The notes under the pieces are model-generated. The model was not told where the DNA came from, ran no database searches, and saw only the letters and a program-made list of their open reading frames with translations. DNA of 64,000 nt from the human T2T-CHM13v2.0 reference genome, Homo sapiens, in NCBI RefSeq assembly GCF_009914755.1, contig NC_060943.1; one strand, written 5' to 3'. Each line of letters starts with the position of its first letter. Within the stretch, counting starts at the first letter, position 1. A program made the position numbers and the translations under genes. Shown here in pieces: positions 31,637-46,690 of this stretch.

Positions 31637-32150
31637 GCGTTTCTCCGTTTCACTGCGGTTGGGGCATCGTACTGACTTGGGGGGAATTCCTGCGTAGGTG
31701 TGCGTTTCTCCATTTCATTGAGGTTGGGGCATCGTACTGACTTGGGGGGAGTTCCTGCGTAGGTGTGCGTTTCTCCGTTTCATTGAGGTTGGGGCATCGT
31801 ACTGACTTGGGGGGAGTTCCTGCGTAGGTGTGCGTTTCTCCGTTTCATTGAGGTTGGGGCATCGTACTGACTTGGGGGGAATTCCTGCGTAGGTGTGCGT
31901 TTCTCCGTTTCATTGAGGTTGGGGCATCGTACTGACTTGGGGGGAATTCCTGCATAGGTGTGCGTTTCTCCATTTCATTGAGGTTGGGGCATCGTACTGA
32001 CTTGGGGGGAGTTCCTGCGTAGGTGTGCGTTTCTCCGTTTCATTGAGGTTGGGGCATCGTACTGACTTGGGGGGAATTCCTGCGTAGGTGTGCGTTTCTC
32101 CGTTTCACTGCGGTTGGGGCATCGTACTGACTTGGAGTTCCTGCGTAGGT
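31637..32150. repeat. VNTR, 65-bp unit, about 8 copies
   Basis: Period 65 at 31637/31702/31767. Confidence 0.93.
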
Positions 32151-32254
32151 GGGTGTTACAGGTACACTTGGGTTTCATTTCAGGAGTGAAGGATCACAGA
32201 ATGCTTGCTATAAATAGTGGTAGTTGATCGGCAGGACGGCCACACGCAGCTGCA

Positions 32255-32420
32255 GCTGGTGGATCTCAGACCTGAGTGTGACTCAGAATCACCTGGAGGA
32301 CTCACAAAACGCAGCTCTCCAAGCCCCCCAGAGTCTCTGACCCAGCAGGTCTGGGGTGGGGCTCGAGAATCAGCATTTGCAACAGGTTCCCAGATGCCGC
32401 TGGTCTTTAAGCCAGTTTGG
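32255..32420. mobile_element. MER5A-like hAT DNA transposon
   Basis: tcagaatcacctggagg...caggtctggggtgggg...gaatcagcatt...caggttcccagatg signature. Confidence 0.65.
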
Positions 32421-32662
32421 TGGCCCCGTTCCCTTCCACAAGTGAAGGGTTTGCCATTTCCAGCCAATGGAGGAGGGAGAACGGCCGGAGTCTCTCACAA
32501 AGAGCTCCAGGAAGGGATGACCTCTGCTCCCAGTGGACGTGGCCGGGTCCCAGCGACGTCGGGTGCTGTGGCCACCATTTTGTGACCCTGAAGGTCGCCA
32601 AGCCAGCGTGCGGAGGACGGCGGCACAGAAAGACGGGAGAGACTGTGGTCACACCGTCCTGA

Positions 32663-35500
<2,838 letters not shown>

Positions 35501-36184
35501 GGTGCGTGCGTGACGAGTGCCCTCAGAATGTTCTCTCCGGCTCCCGCAGGAGGACCCTCAGCCCCGGGTTCTGGTCCTGCTTTTCACTGCGTAACCTCAG
35601 ACACAGCTCGGCCTCTCTGTGCCTCAGTTTCCCTCAGTGCACAGGGTCCCTCCAGTGTGGAAGAGCCCTGCGGGCCTGAGCCGCCGGCCGCAGCCCCCGG
35701 GTGATGGGGCTTGGCTATTCCCCTCCTTAACTCAAGCTTCCCTGTGACCAGGAGGGACCGGCTGTCCCTGTGCCTGCTGTGATGTAGGTGCTGGGAGACG
35801 GGGCTCCTGGGGGACAGCGCTGGGGGCTGAGGCCGGTCAGGCTCCCTGGGGCCAGGGCCCCTGGTCCATCAGCAACTCCTCCGGGCTCCAACACAGGCTC
35901 ATTGTCCACTTCTCCCCTCACCTAGGTCCCCTGGCCTGGGCCACCGCCGTCCCTCGCAGCCTCCTCCCGGGTCTCTGCTGCCCTTCCAGACCCTCCTCCT
36001 CCCTCAGCAACACTTCCACACGGCCCCTGGAAGGGCTTTCAAAACTGCACACTCTGCGCCACCCCCTACTTAAAACCACCCCCACTCCTCACCACAGCCC
36101 ACAGAGAGAGTCCCGCTCCCTCTCCATCAGCTCCAGTCTCATGGCTCTCCTTGCCGTGACGCACACGCACCAGGTCCGCTCCCT

Positions 36185-36910
36185 GCGTGGGGCCTTTGCA
36201 CCTGCTGTGCCCCCCCTAGAACTCTGTCTGCAAACTCCACCGCGTCAGGCCTTTGCACCTGCACCTGCTGTGCCCCGTCTAGAACTCTGTCTGCAATCCC
36301 CACCACGTGGGGCCTTTGCACCTGCTGTGCCCCTGCCTGGAACTCTGTCTGCAATCCCCACCACGTGGGGCCTTTGCACCTGCTGTGCCCCTGCCTAGAA
36401 CTCTGTCTGTAAACCCACTGCGTGGGGCCTTTGCACCTGCTGTGCCCCGCCCCTAGAACTCTGTCTGTAAACTCCACAGTCAGGCCTTTGCACCTGCAGC
36501 TGCTGTGCCCCGCCTAGAACTCTGTCTGTAAACCCACCGCGTGGGGCCTTTGCACCTGCTGTGCCCCGCCTAGAACTCTGTCTGCAAACCCCACCACATC
36601 AGGCCTTTGCACCTGCACCTGCTGTGCCCCGACTAGAACTCTGTCTGCAAACCCCACCACATCAGGCCTTTGCACCAGCACCTGCTGTGCCCCGACTAGA
36701 ACTCTGTCTGCAAACCCCACCACATCAGGCCTTTGCACCTGCACCTGCTGTGCCCCGACTAGAACTCTGTCTGCAAACCCCACCACATCAGGCCTTTGCA
36801 CCTGCACCTGCTGTACCCCCCCTAGATCTCTGTCTGCAAACCCACCATATCAGGCCTTTGCACCTGCACCTGCTGTGCCCCGTCTAGAACTATGTCTGCA
36901 AACCCCACGG
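36185..36910. repeat. VNTR, 56-63-bp unit GGCCTTTGCACCTG(CACCTG)CTGTGCCCCG.CTAGAACTCTGTCTGCAAACCCCACC.., about 12 copies
   Basis: Period 63 at 36602/36665/36728. Confidence 0.92.
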
Positions 36911-37435
36911 CCGGGGTTTCCATGGCTCAGGTCTCAGCTTCAAGGTCGCCTCCTGGGAGGGGCAGCCGCCCAGCCTCCTGCTCTAATATCACACGATTTT
37001 AGCTCTGCAGAGCCGCTACCAGAACCTATTTCCTCATCTGTTTGTCCTCTTCTGATTGACTGTCTCTCCTACTGGAATCCAAGCTCCTTGAGAGCAGGAA
37101 CGAGGTCTCTCATTGTCTACTCATCATCTGTGCCGGGCAGGGGAAGCGTATGCTAAATATTTCCTGCAGTGACGGAAAGCAGCAGTTATCCCCCAACATC
37201 CGGAGCCCCAACAACCCTGGCGTCTGAATTCTGAACATTCTAAATCCCACATCCACGGCCAATGGCCACACCTGACTGGTCCCAATGGATGTGGTGTGAA
37301 GGAAGCGCACGCGTCCTCCGTGGAACACGCCGGCCGTCGGCGTTAAACTTGTAGGACAAACCGCCGGGAGACGGCGAGGGCGGCCCGATGCCACCAGGGA
37401 AAACAGACCCAACCAGGCCTGGCATCCGCACAGAC

Positions 37436-38385
37436 CCGGGGGAGGCGGAAGTGGGTCCCGGGGAGGCGGAAGCGGGTCCTGGGGAGGCGGAAGCCGGTCC
37501 CGGGGAGGCAGAAGAGGGTCTTGGGGAGGCGGAAGTAGGTTCCGGGGAGGCGGAAGCGGGTCTTGGGGAGGCGGAAGCGGGTCTTGGGGAGGCGGAAGTG
37601 GGTCCCGGGGAGGCAGAAGCGGGTCTTGGGGAGGCGGAAGTGGGTTCCGGGGAGACGGAAGCGGGTTCCGGGGAGGCAGACGCATGTTCCGGGGGACGGG
37701 GAAGTGGGTTCCGGGGAGGCAGACGCGGGTTCCGGCGGAGGGGGAAGTGGGTTCCGGGGAGGCGGAAGCGGGTCTTGGGGAGGCGGAAGTGGGTCCCGGG
37801 GAGGCGGAAGCGGGTCTTGGGGAGGCGGAAGCGGGTTCCGGGGAGACAGAAGCGGGTTCCGGGGAGGCGGAAGCGGGTCCCGGGGAGGCGGAATCGGGTT
37901 CCGGGGAGGCGGAAGCGGGTCCTGGGGAGGCAGAAGCGGGTCTTGGGGAGGCGGAAGTGGGTTCCGGGGAGGCAGACGCATGTTCCGGGGGACGGGGAAG
38001 CAGGTTCCGGGGAGGCGGAAGCGGGTCCTGGGGAGGCGGATTCGGGTTCCGGGGAGGTGGAAGCGGGTCCTGGGGAGGCGGAAGCGGGTTCCGGGGGACG
38101 GGGAAGTGGGTTCCAGGGAGGCGGACGCGGGTTCCGGGGAGGCGGAAGCCGGTCTTGGGGAGGCGGAAGTGGGTTCCGGGGGAGGGGGAAGCGGGTTCCG
38201 GGGAGGCGGAAGCGGGTCTTGGGGAGGCGGAAGTGGGTTCCGGGGAGGCGGAAGCGGGTCCCGGGGAGGCGGAGGCGGGTTCCGGGGAGGCGGAAGCGGG
38301 TCCTGGGGAGGCGGAAGCGGGTCTTGGGGAGGCGGAAGAGGGTTCCGGGGAGGCGGAAGCGGGTCCTGGGGAGGCAGAAGCCGGT
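37436..38385. repeat. VNTR, 21-bp unit GGGGAGGCGGAAG(C/T)GGGT(T/C)C(C/T), about 45 copies
   Basis: Period 21 at 37442/37463/37484; G-rich and CpG-rich. Confidence 0.95.
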
Positions 38386-38664
38386 TGTACTGCGCAGGCC
38401 GAGCGCGCCTGGGGACCACACGTGGGGGAGTGAGGTTTCACAGCCAGCTTCTGGGGGCTCCCACAGGCTTTGGTGGGCCCGGGCTTGAGGCCCCCACCTC
38501 TGCCTGTCTCCTAACGGCCCGCTCCTCTGTGCATCTGAGTCTAAAGTTCCTTCTCCTTACAGAGACCCCTGATCCAGGTAGGCCTCATCTTGACTAGGTT
38601 ACATCTGCAAGGACCCTGTTCCCAATATAAGGTAATAAGGTCAGACTCCTACGGCACAGGAATT

Positions 38665-39185
38665 GTAGGGGGACCCTTCTCAACTCGGTGTAGGGGGAAG
38701 GACCCCACTGAACCCAGCGTAGGGGGAAGGACCCCACTGAACCCAGCGTAGGGGGAAGGACCCCTCTCAACTCGGTGTAGGGGGAAGGACCCCACTGAAG
38801 CCAGCGTAGGGGGAAGGACCCCACTGAACCCAGCGTAGGGGGAAGGACCCCACTGAAGCCAGCGTAGGGGGAAGGACCCCACTGAAGCCAGCGTAGGGGG
38901 AAGGACCCCACTGAACCCAGCGTAGGGGGAAGGACCCCACTGAACCCAGCGTAGGGGGAAGGACCCCTCTCAACTCAGCGTAGGGGGAAGGACCCCACTG
39001 AACCCAGCGTAGGGGGAAGGACCCTTCTCAACTCAGTGTAGAGGGAAGGACCCTACTGAACTCAGCGTAGGGGGAAGGACCCCACTGAACTCAGCGTAGG
39101 GGGAAGGACCCCACTGAACTCAGTGTAAGGGGAAGGACCCTTCTCAACTCAGTGTAGAGGGAAGGACCCTACTGAACTCAGTGTC
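38665..39185. repeat. VNTR, 29-30-bp unit AGCGTAGGGGGAAGGACCCCACTGAACCC, about 17 copies
   Basis: Read directly. Confidence 0.93.
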
Positions 39186-39780
39186 CAGAAAAGCAAAGAC
39201 ACAACCCAATGTGAACACAGGCTAATGTTCCTGGCCGCAGAGGCCGGGAGGAGCTGGGAGCACCCACCGGTAGTGGCGTGCGGGAGTGGCTGATCATTTT
39301 CCCAGACGCCGTAATGACTGCAGCTGTAGGACAGCTGCTCTCTCAGAAGACGGGGGACTATGCACGGCGCTGTCACCCCTGCAGGTGACTTCACACGGTT
39401 TACTATAAACCACAGAGAGGGGCAGACCCGTCAGCAGAGGGGAAGGTTACCCTCCTAGGTGGAGGCGTGCTGTGTCCAGGCGCCCGACTTCCCCGTGTGT
39501 TTGAAAAGGTTCATTTATCATAAGACCCAAGGTAAATAAACAAAGGCCGCTTCCTTGGCCGCCCTGGAAGTCCCTGCTGCCTCCCATCTGGAATCCTGGG
39601 GTCTGTCCGGGCGCCAGCCCCTTTCCAAACACCCCTTCCCGCACCCCCACCGCAGGCCAGCGTCTCGGGCCCCGTCTGTCATTCGTGAACAGCTGTCCGG
39701 GGGGCTCCGGTGGCAGAGACGCCCCGGCCGCTCGCCGCTCTCGGCCTCGCCCGCCCAGTCCGAGTGGGGGGCGGTGCACC

Positions 39781-39833
39781 TGCGCATGCGCGCCCCTCCC
39801 CCGCCGCCCTCTCCCCGCCCCTCCCCACGTGAC
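39781..39833. promoter_or_regulatory. Motif cluster: NRF1-type TGCGCATGCGC, GC boxes, CACGTGAC E-box
   Basis: Motifs read directly at 39781-39791, about 39813-39820 and 39826-39833. Confidence 0.55.
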
Positions 39834-40033
39834 GCCGTGGGAACCCGGACCCCAGCGCCTCCGGGTGGGGGCAGCCGCCGGCCGCCGGCCGGGGATGGGG
39901 GTCCGGGGTGGCGGGAGAGCAGGAAGGATGGGGAGGGGACACCTGGCTCGCGGGGTCCGGGGGTCCCGGAGGAGAGGGTGGGGGAGGGGAGGCCGCCGCG
40001 AACGGGCTCCCGGGGGGGGTGGGGGGGACTCAC

Positions 40034-40501
40034 CCGCACGACGTAGGAGACCCCGGGCCCCAGGACCCTGGCGTCGGGGTGTAGCCAGCCGTGCGCGGGT
40101 TTGTGGATGAAGCTGCCCTTCCGGATCCACTCGGCGGCGGCGGCGGCGTCCCCGGACCCCGCCGCCCCCCGCCCGCCCCGCGACCCCCGCGACCCCGCGC
40201 CCCGACAGCGGCTGAGCGCGGGCAGGGGACAGGGCGCGGCGCAGCGGGGCTCGCAGGCGCCCAGGACGGCGGCCGCCAGCGCCGGGACGCCCCCCGGGCC
40301 CGCCGGCTCGGGTTGGGGGTCCGCGCCCCCCGAGGCCCCAGCCGCCCGCGCCGCCGCCGGGCCGCGGCCCAGGAAGCCGCCCGGGGCCGCGAACTTCCAC
40401 TGCGGCATTCGGGGCAGCAACGCGCAGAAGGTGGTGGGCGCCTCGGGCTCGGGGGGCGCGGGGGGCGCCGGGGGCGCGCGCCCGCCCGGACCCTGCGTCA
40501 T
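40034..40501 (-). CDS. SHC2: SHC2 exon 1 coding part (156 aa, MTQGPGG...GVSYVVR)
   Basis: ATG at 40501 in gcggccATGA context, in-frame TGA about 100 nt upstream, donor CGG|gtgagt at 40034, 468 nt, phase 0. Confidence 0.95.
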
Positions 40502-42522
40502 GGCCGCGGCCGCCCGACGGAGCCCGACCGGGCGCTGCGCCTGGCGCGGAGGAAGCCCTCCCGCTCCGCCCGCTCCCTCCCGCCCCCCGGCCCGGTGATG
40601 TCATCCGCCCGGCCCAGCGCGCAGCCGCGGGGGGCTGCGCCCCTGGGACCCCGGCCCTCCTCGTCCCGGAGCCTGGCCGCGAGGCTGGGGAAACTGAGGC
40701 CCTCCGAGGACACCGGGCGCTGGCCTGGAACCCGCAGCCAAGGCGGGACGGGGCTTTGAACCCAGAACCCCGTCAGCGACCCTCCCCGCTGCGCCCCCCA
40801 CCCCCGCCCGCCGCCCAAGTTCGCAGAAGGACCGAGCTGGAGAAGCTTAGAAATTCCACATCCCTTCTTTCCCCTATTTCCTAGTGGGGAAACTGAGGCC
40901 CGGGGAGGCGCGGCCAGGGAAAAGAGAACCCCAGATCCTAAGGTCAGCCCCTCCCTCTCCGTTGTTGCAGCTAGAAGGTACCTTAGGGTCACCCCTATTT
41001 CTTAGTGGGGAAACTGAGGCGCGGGGAGGGGAAGGGGCGCGGCCGAGGGCTCACAGACGAAGCTCAAACCCAGGAGTGCCGGCTCGGGGGGGGGGGGGGG
41101 GGGCGGGGCTAGGAGCGGAGCCGGGCCCCTGCTCTGCGGCCTGTCCCGGCCTCAGTTTCTCCGGCTGTAACCCAGGGGAGCGGGCTGGAGGGTCGCGGCC
41201 CTTCTTCCCTCACTTCTGGGGAGCCCAGTCCCGCACCAGCTCATCTGAGCTCTGGGCCTCAGCCTCCCAGGCCGGTCGCTCCATCCCCAGCCTCAACCTC
41301 TCCGAGACCGGCCGCACCTTCCCTGGCCTCAAGGGTCGGTTCCTTCTGCACCAGAAAACGGGGTGTCACTGTCACCCCGGGACCCAGCCTCCTGGCCCGA
41401 CTTGGCTGGAGCTCCCCTGCACCTGCCCCGCCCCAAGCAGGGCTGATTGCCGGGAACAAAGGGAGGGGCCGGGACGCGCTGGCAGGTGGGGAGGGAGGGA
41501 GGGGCGAGGCTGCCCGGAGCCCGATCGATAATTCAGGGGATGAGATCACAGCCGGCGCCGCCCGCGGGGCCGGGGAGGTGGGGGAGGGGAGCGAGGCGCG
41601 CGGTCGCGATCGGCCGTCTCTGCCGCGGCGCGTGTCGGACTCAGCCCCTGCGCGTCCGCGGGAGGAGCAGATCGTGGGCGCGATTGGTCGGGCTGGAGCC
41701 GCGGCTGGACCTGCGCGCGGTGTGTGTGTTGTGCGCAGGGTGGACGCTGTGTCTGGGTGCGTGTCCAGGCATATGCAGGGGATCCAGGCTGCTGGGTCCT
41801 GGGGTGTGTTCACCTAATGGGTAAAGGGTGGGACAGGTTTGGCGGCCCTAGGCTGAGGGCTGTGGGCTGAGGAGAGAGCAGCCCCACCACCCCCTCTCTG
41901 CGCCCTGCATGCCTCCCAGGCTGCATCCCTCAGGGAGGTCCCGGGGCAGTGTCGCACCCTCCCAAGCTCCGGGATTAGGGTCTTTCTGGATGGGAGGTTT
42001 GTAAGGTGGTCCAGGTGCCATCCCTCCCTGGCACACAGAGGGCTCAGTCACACGGCACCCCCGGTGTGTTTCCTTCCTGTCCCTTGGAGACAGTGGCAGG
42101 AACTCAGTCCAACATCCAGAGTTCAAATCCTGACATCAGACTGAGGTGGGGGCTCACAGCATGCCCCAGGACAAATGTCCAGTCTCTCCAAAGCACCATT
42201 TCCTCTCAGTAGATGCCCCTGGTCCTGAGTTGCTATGAAGTCTAGATGATCTTTATTAATATCCAAAACATAGCAAGCAGCTACTGATGGCAGATATTAG
42301 AATACCTCAAGCTCCTATACATCCTTCAAAACCCAGCTTCAATATTGCCTCTTCCAGGAAGCCTACCTGGCTGCCTGCTCAAAAGCTTGGCTCCACCTCC
42401 GGCCTCCCCTCGCCCTGGGTCTCTCTTCTGGTCTCTCAGACCCCCTGGGCACTGGAGGGCTACGGGTCTGGCTCTGGAGGGCGGCGTTCGGGTCTCTTCT
42501 GTGACATCAATAGACACGTTAA

Positions 42523-42886
<364 letters not shown>

Positions 42887-43344
42887 CTAAGCAACTGTAG
42901 AAGGTGGAGTGGGAAAGGCACAGGCCTCGGGGCTGCCTCCAGCCTGAGTTTGGGCTGGGACCGGGGCTAACCCAAGCTGTGATGGGGATCCAGGCCCTAG
43001 TGGAGCTGGACGCCGAGTTCTGGGACACAAGAAGCTCCATCTCCAGCCAGCTACTGGGGAGGGCCGGAAGGTGTCCCTTTCCCCACCTGGCCTGGCCTGG
43101 CCTGGCGTGACCTGGAAGAAACTGGGGCACTGGAAGGAGACTCACCCTGTACCCTGCACAGGGCCATGGGTCACAGCCCCCAGGGACTGGAAGGATCAGG
43201 TGTCCTAGAAGGACCTGGACAGTTCAGGAAAGGGGAGGGAAGACTCCTTTCCCAGCCCCTCTCGCCTTCTAGCCCCTCCAGCCAAAGCCAGGCCCCAGGA
43301 GAGGCCCGCCAGCCCCCGTTCACTGTGTGGGAAACAGGCCTGGC

Positions 43345-43865
43345 CTAGCAGCAGCGGCCGGGCAGCCTGTGCCCCGCAGGCCGGGAGGGCGTGGTGGCGG
43401 CCATGGTGCTGGCCCGTTTCGAGTGGCGGATGCCCATAGAGAACGCTGGAGCCCTGGCTTTGTTCACGGTGACCTGCTCTGGGCAGTGGGCGCCAGGGCC
43501 GGGGGTCTCCTCCAGGGGTCGCGGGGCCCGGGGCCGCCCCAGCATGGTGAAGGCAGGCAGGCGCTGGCGGTAGGTGTTTGCGTCCGGGCTGTCGTACTGG
43601 CCCGGGCCTGGTATCTCAGCAGGATCCTGCGGGGGGCGGGCGGGGGGGGTGCGGCCCACCACCGTGTAGCTGGGGCTGCTGGGCTTGGTGAAGATCTGTG
43701 AGCCCCACAGAGGGGGCATGGTGTAGGCATTAGGGGCAGGGGCTGAGGTGTCCAGGGGCTTCAGGGGGAGGCGGCAGCCCAGGGTGAAAGCCGGCGGTGT
43801 CCGATGGCGCACAGGGGGCACCTTCTCTGGGCTGTAGGCCCCAGGGCCTGGCGTCACCTCCGGAC
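43345..43865 (-). CDS. ODF3L2: ODF3L2 exon 4 coding part ([15 protein letters not shown]...LPGRCC*)
   Basis: tctcag|GT acceptor, TAG at 43345; four PGP-type sperm-tail PG-rich repeats (TPGPGAY, APAPNAY, IPGPGQY, TPGPGAH) each followed by PAFT/PSYT/PAFS. Confidence 0.95.
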
Positions 43866-44299
43866 CTGAGAGAGTGGGGAAGGAAAGGTGGCACTGATGT
43901 CCTCACCTGCCCAGAGACCCGGCCTGGCTCCCCATGGCCCACATGCACCCTGGAGCTTACAACGCTTCTCAAGCAGCCTGGGTGCCTTTCTCTCCCTTCC
44001 CCATCCTCCATACACATGGTCTGTGTTTCAAGCCTCCAGGACTTTGCCCAAGCTGGACCCAGGGCCAAGCACGCCTTCATTTTCCACCCCTCCTCCCTGC
44101 TGCCTTCCCCAGACCATCCAGGGTAGAGCCCTCACAGCCCTTCCAGAGCCCCACAGCCTGGGTTTTCCCCTCTCTCCAGACGTGAGCACACTGAGGTGGG
44201 ATGGTCTGCACCTGCATCTAACTGCCCCACCAGACTGGGATCCCATAAAAAGGAAGGCATGTCAAATTTACTCCAACTCTCCAGCAGTTGACTGTCTGA

Positions 44300-46690
44300 G
44301 TTGATGGGTGAACAGGATAGGTAGGAGGTGAGTGGTTGAGTGGGGAGTGAATGGTTCATGAAGGGATTTGTAAATGGATGGATGAGTGGATGATGGATGG
44401 ATGGATGGATGGATGGATGGATGGATGGATGGAACGGTTGATAGGTAGAAGGAAAAAAGGAAGGATTCATAGATGAGTGGGTAGGTGGGTGGCTGAATGG
44501 GTGGGAGGGTGGGCGGATGGATGGATGGATGAGTGAGTGGATGGGTGGATAGATGATGGATGGATGGATGGATGGGTGGAAGGATGGATAGGTGGATGGG
44601 TGAGTGGGTGGATGGATGGATGGATGGGTTGATGAGTGGGTGGATGGATGGATGGGTGGGTGGGTGGATGGCTGGGTGGGTAGATGCTAGGTGGGTCAAT
44701 GGATGAGTGGATGGATGGGTGGATAGAATGTTGGGTGGATGGTGGAAGGAGGGGCGGGTGGATGGGTGGATGGATGGATGGATGGATGATGAGTGGGTGG
44801 ATGGGGAATGGATGGATGTGTAGATGGATGGATGGATGAGTGAGTGGATGGATGAATGGGTAGATGGATGGGTGGATGGATGGGTATGTGGTTGGATGGG
44901 CGGGTGGATGGGTGTGTGGATTGATGGGTAGGTGAATGAGTAGATGGTTGGATGGATGAGTGGGTGGGTGGATAGATGGGTGGGTGGGTGGATGGGTGAG
45001 TGGATGGGTGAATGGTTGGCTGGATGGGTGAGTGGATAGATGGGTAGGTGGGTGGATGGATAGATGGATGAGTGGATAGGTAGATGGGCAGGCAGGTGGG
45101 TGGGTGGATGGGTGCAGGTCGGTGTGTGGATGGGTGTGTGGATGGATGGGTGGGTGGAGGGATGAGTGGGTGGGTAGATGGATGGGTAGATAGATGGTTG
45201 TGTGGGTGGGTGGGTGGATAGATGAATGAGTGGGTAGGTGAAAGGATGGACAGATGGATGGGTAGGTGGATAGATGGGTGGGTGGGTGGATAGCTGGACA
45301 GATGGGTAGGTGGGTGGATGGATGAGTGGGTGGGTGGATGGTGGATGGATGTGTGGATAGATGGATGGATGGGTGGGTGGATGGGTGGGTGGATGGGTGG
45401 GTGGATGGATGGGTGGATAGATGGATGAGTGGATGGGTGGATGGTTGGGTGGGTGGATGCTAGGTGGGTGGATGGATGAGTGGATTGATGGATGGATAGA
45501 TGGTTGGGTGGATGCTGGAAGGACGGGTGGATAGATGGATGGGTGGGTGGATGGGTGGGTGGATGGATGAGTAGATGGAAGGGTGGATAGATGGTTGGGT
45601 GCAGGGTGGATGTATGGGTGAATAGATGGGTGGGTGGGTGGATGGATGAGTGAATGGATGGGTGGATACATGGTTAGGTAGATGGTAGATGGATGGGTGG
45701 ATAGATGGATGGGTGGGTGGGCGGGTGGGTGGATGGATGAGTGGATGGATGGGTGGATACATGGTTAGGTAGATGGTGGATGGATGGGTGGGTGGGTGGA
45801 TGGATGAGTGGATGGATGGGTGGATAGATGGTTGGGTGGAGGGTGGATGGATGAGTGGATAGATGGGTGGGTGGGTGGGTGGGTGGATGGATGAGTGAAT
45901 GGATGGGTGGATACAAGGTTAGGTAGATGGTGGATGGATGGGTGGATAGATGGCTGGATGGGTGGGTGGGTGGATGGATGAGTGAATGGATGGGTGGATA
46001 CATGGTTAGGTAGATGGTGGATGGATGGGTGGATAGATGGATGAGTTGGTGGGTGGATGGTTGGGAGGGTGGATGCTAGGTGGGTGGATAGATGAGTGGA
46101 TTGAAGGATGGATAGATGTTTGGGTGGATGGTAGAAGCATGGGTGGATAGATGGAGGGGTGGGTGGGTAGGTGGGTGGATGGATGAGTGGATGGACGGGT
46201 GGATAGATGGTTGGGTGGAGGGTGGATGGATGGGTGGATAGATGGATGAGTGGATGGGTGGATGGTTGGGTGGGTGGATGGATGAGTGGATTGATGGATG
46301 GATAGATGGTTGGGTGGATGGTGGAAGGATGGGTGGATAGATGGATGGGTGGGTGGGTGGGTGGGTGGATGGATGAGTGGATGGACGGGTGGATAGATGG
46401 CTGGGTGGAGGGTGGATGGACGGGTGGATAGATGGTTGGGTGGAGGGTGGAAGGATGGGTGGATAGATGGATGGGTGGGTGGGTGGATGGATGAGTGGAT
46501 GGACGGGTGGATAGATAGTTGGGTGGAGGGTGGATGGGCGGGTGGATAGATGGATGGGTGGGTGGTTGGGTGGGTGGGTGGATGGATGAATGGATGGACG
46601 GGTGGAAAGATGGTTGGTGGAGGGTGGATGGACGGGTGGGTAGATGGTTGGGTGGAGGGTGGATGGATAGATGGTGGGTGAGTGGGCAGG
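44300..46690. repeat. (GGAT/GGGT/AGAT)n complex microsatellite, about 2.4 kb, ODF3L2 intron 3
   Basis: Read directly. Confidence 0.96.

Larger units (their letters stand above)
39640..41760. promoter_or_regulatory. CpG island covering SHC2 promoter, exon 1 and start of intron 1
   Basis: Very high GC and CpG density, GC boxes, CRE-like TGATGTCA at 40596-40603, G18 run at 41086-41103. Confidence 0.9.

Noticed and set aside
37110-38597. 250-440 aa ORFs in all six frames (GEAEAGP / ASPEPAS repeats)
   Set aside because: 21-bp unit is a multiple of 3 without stops; VNTR artefact.
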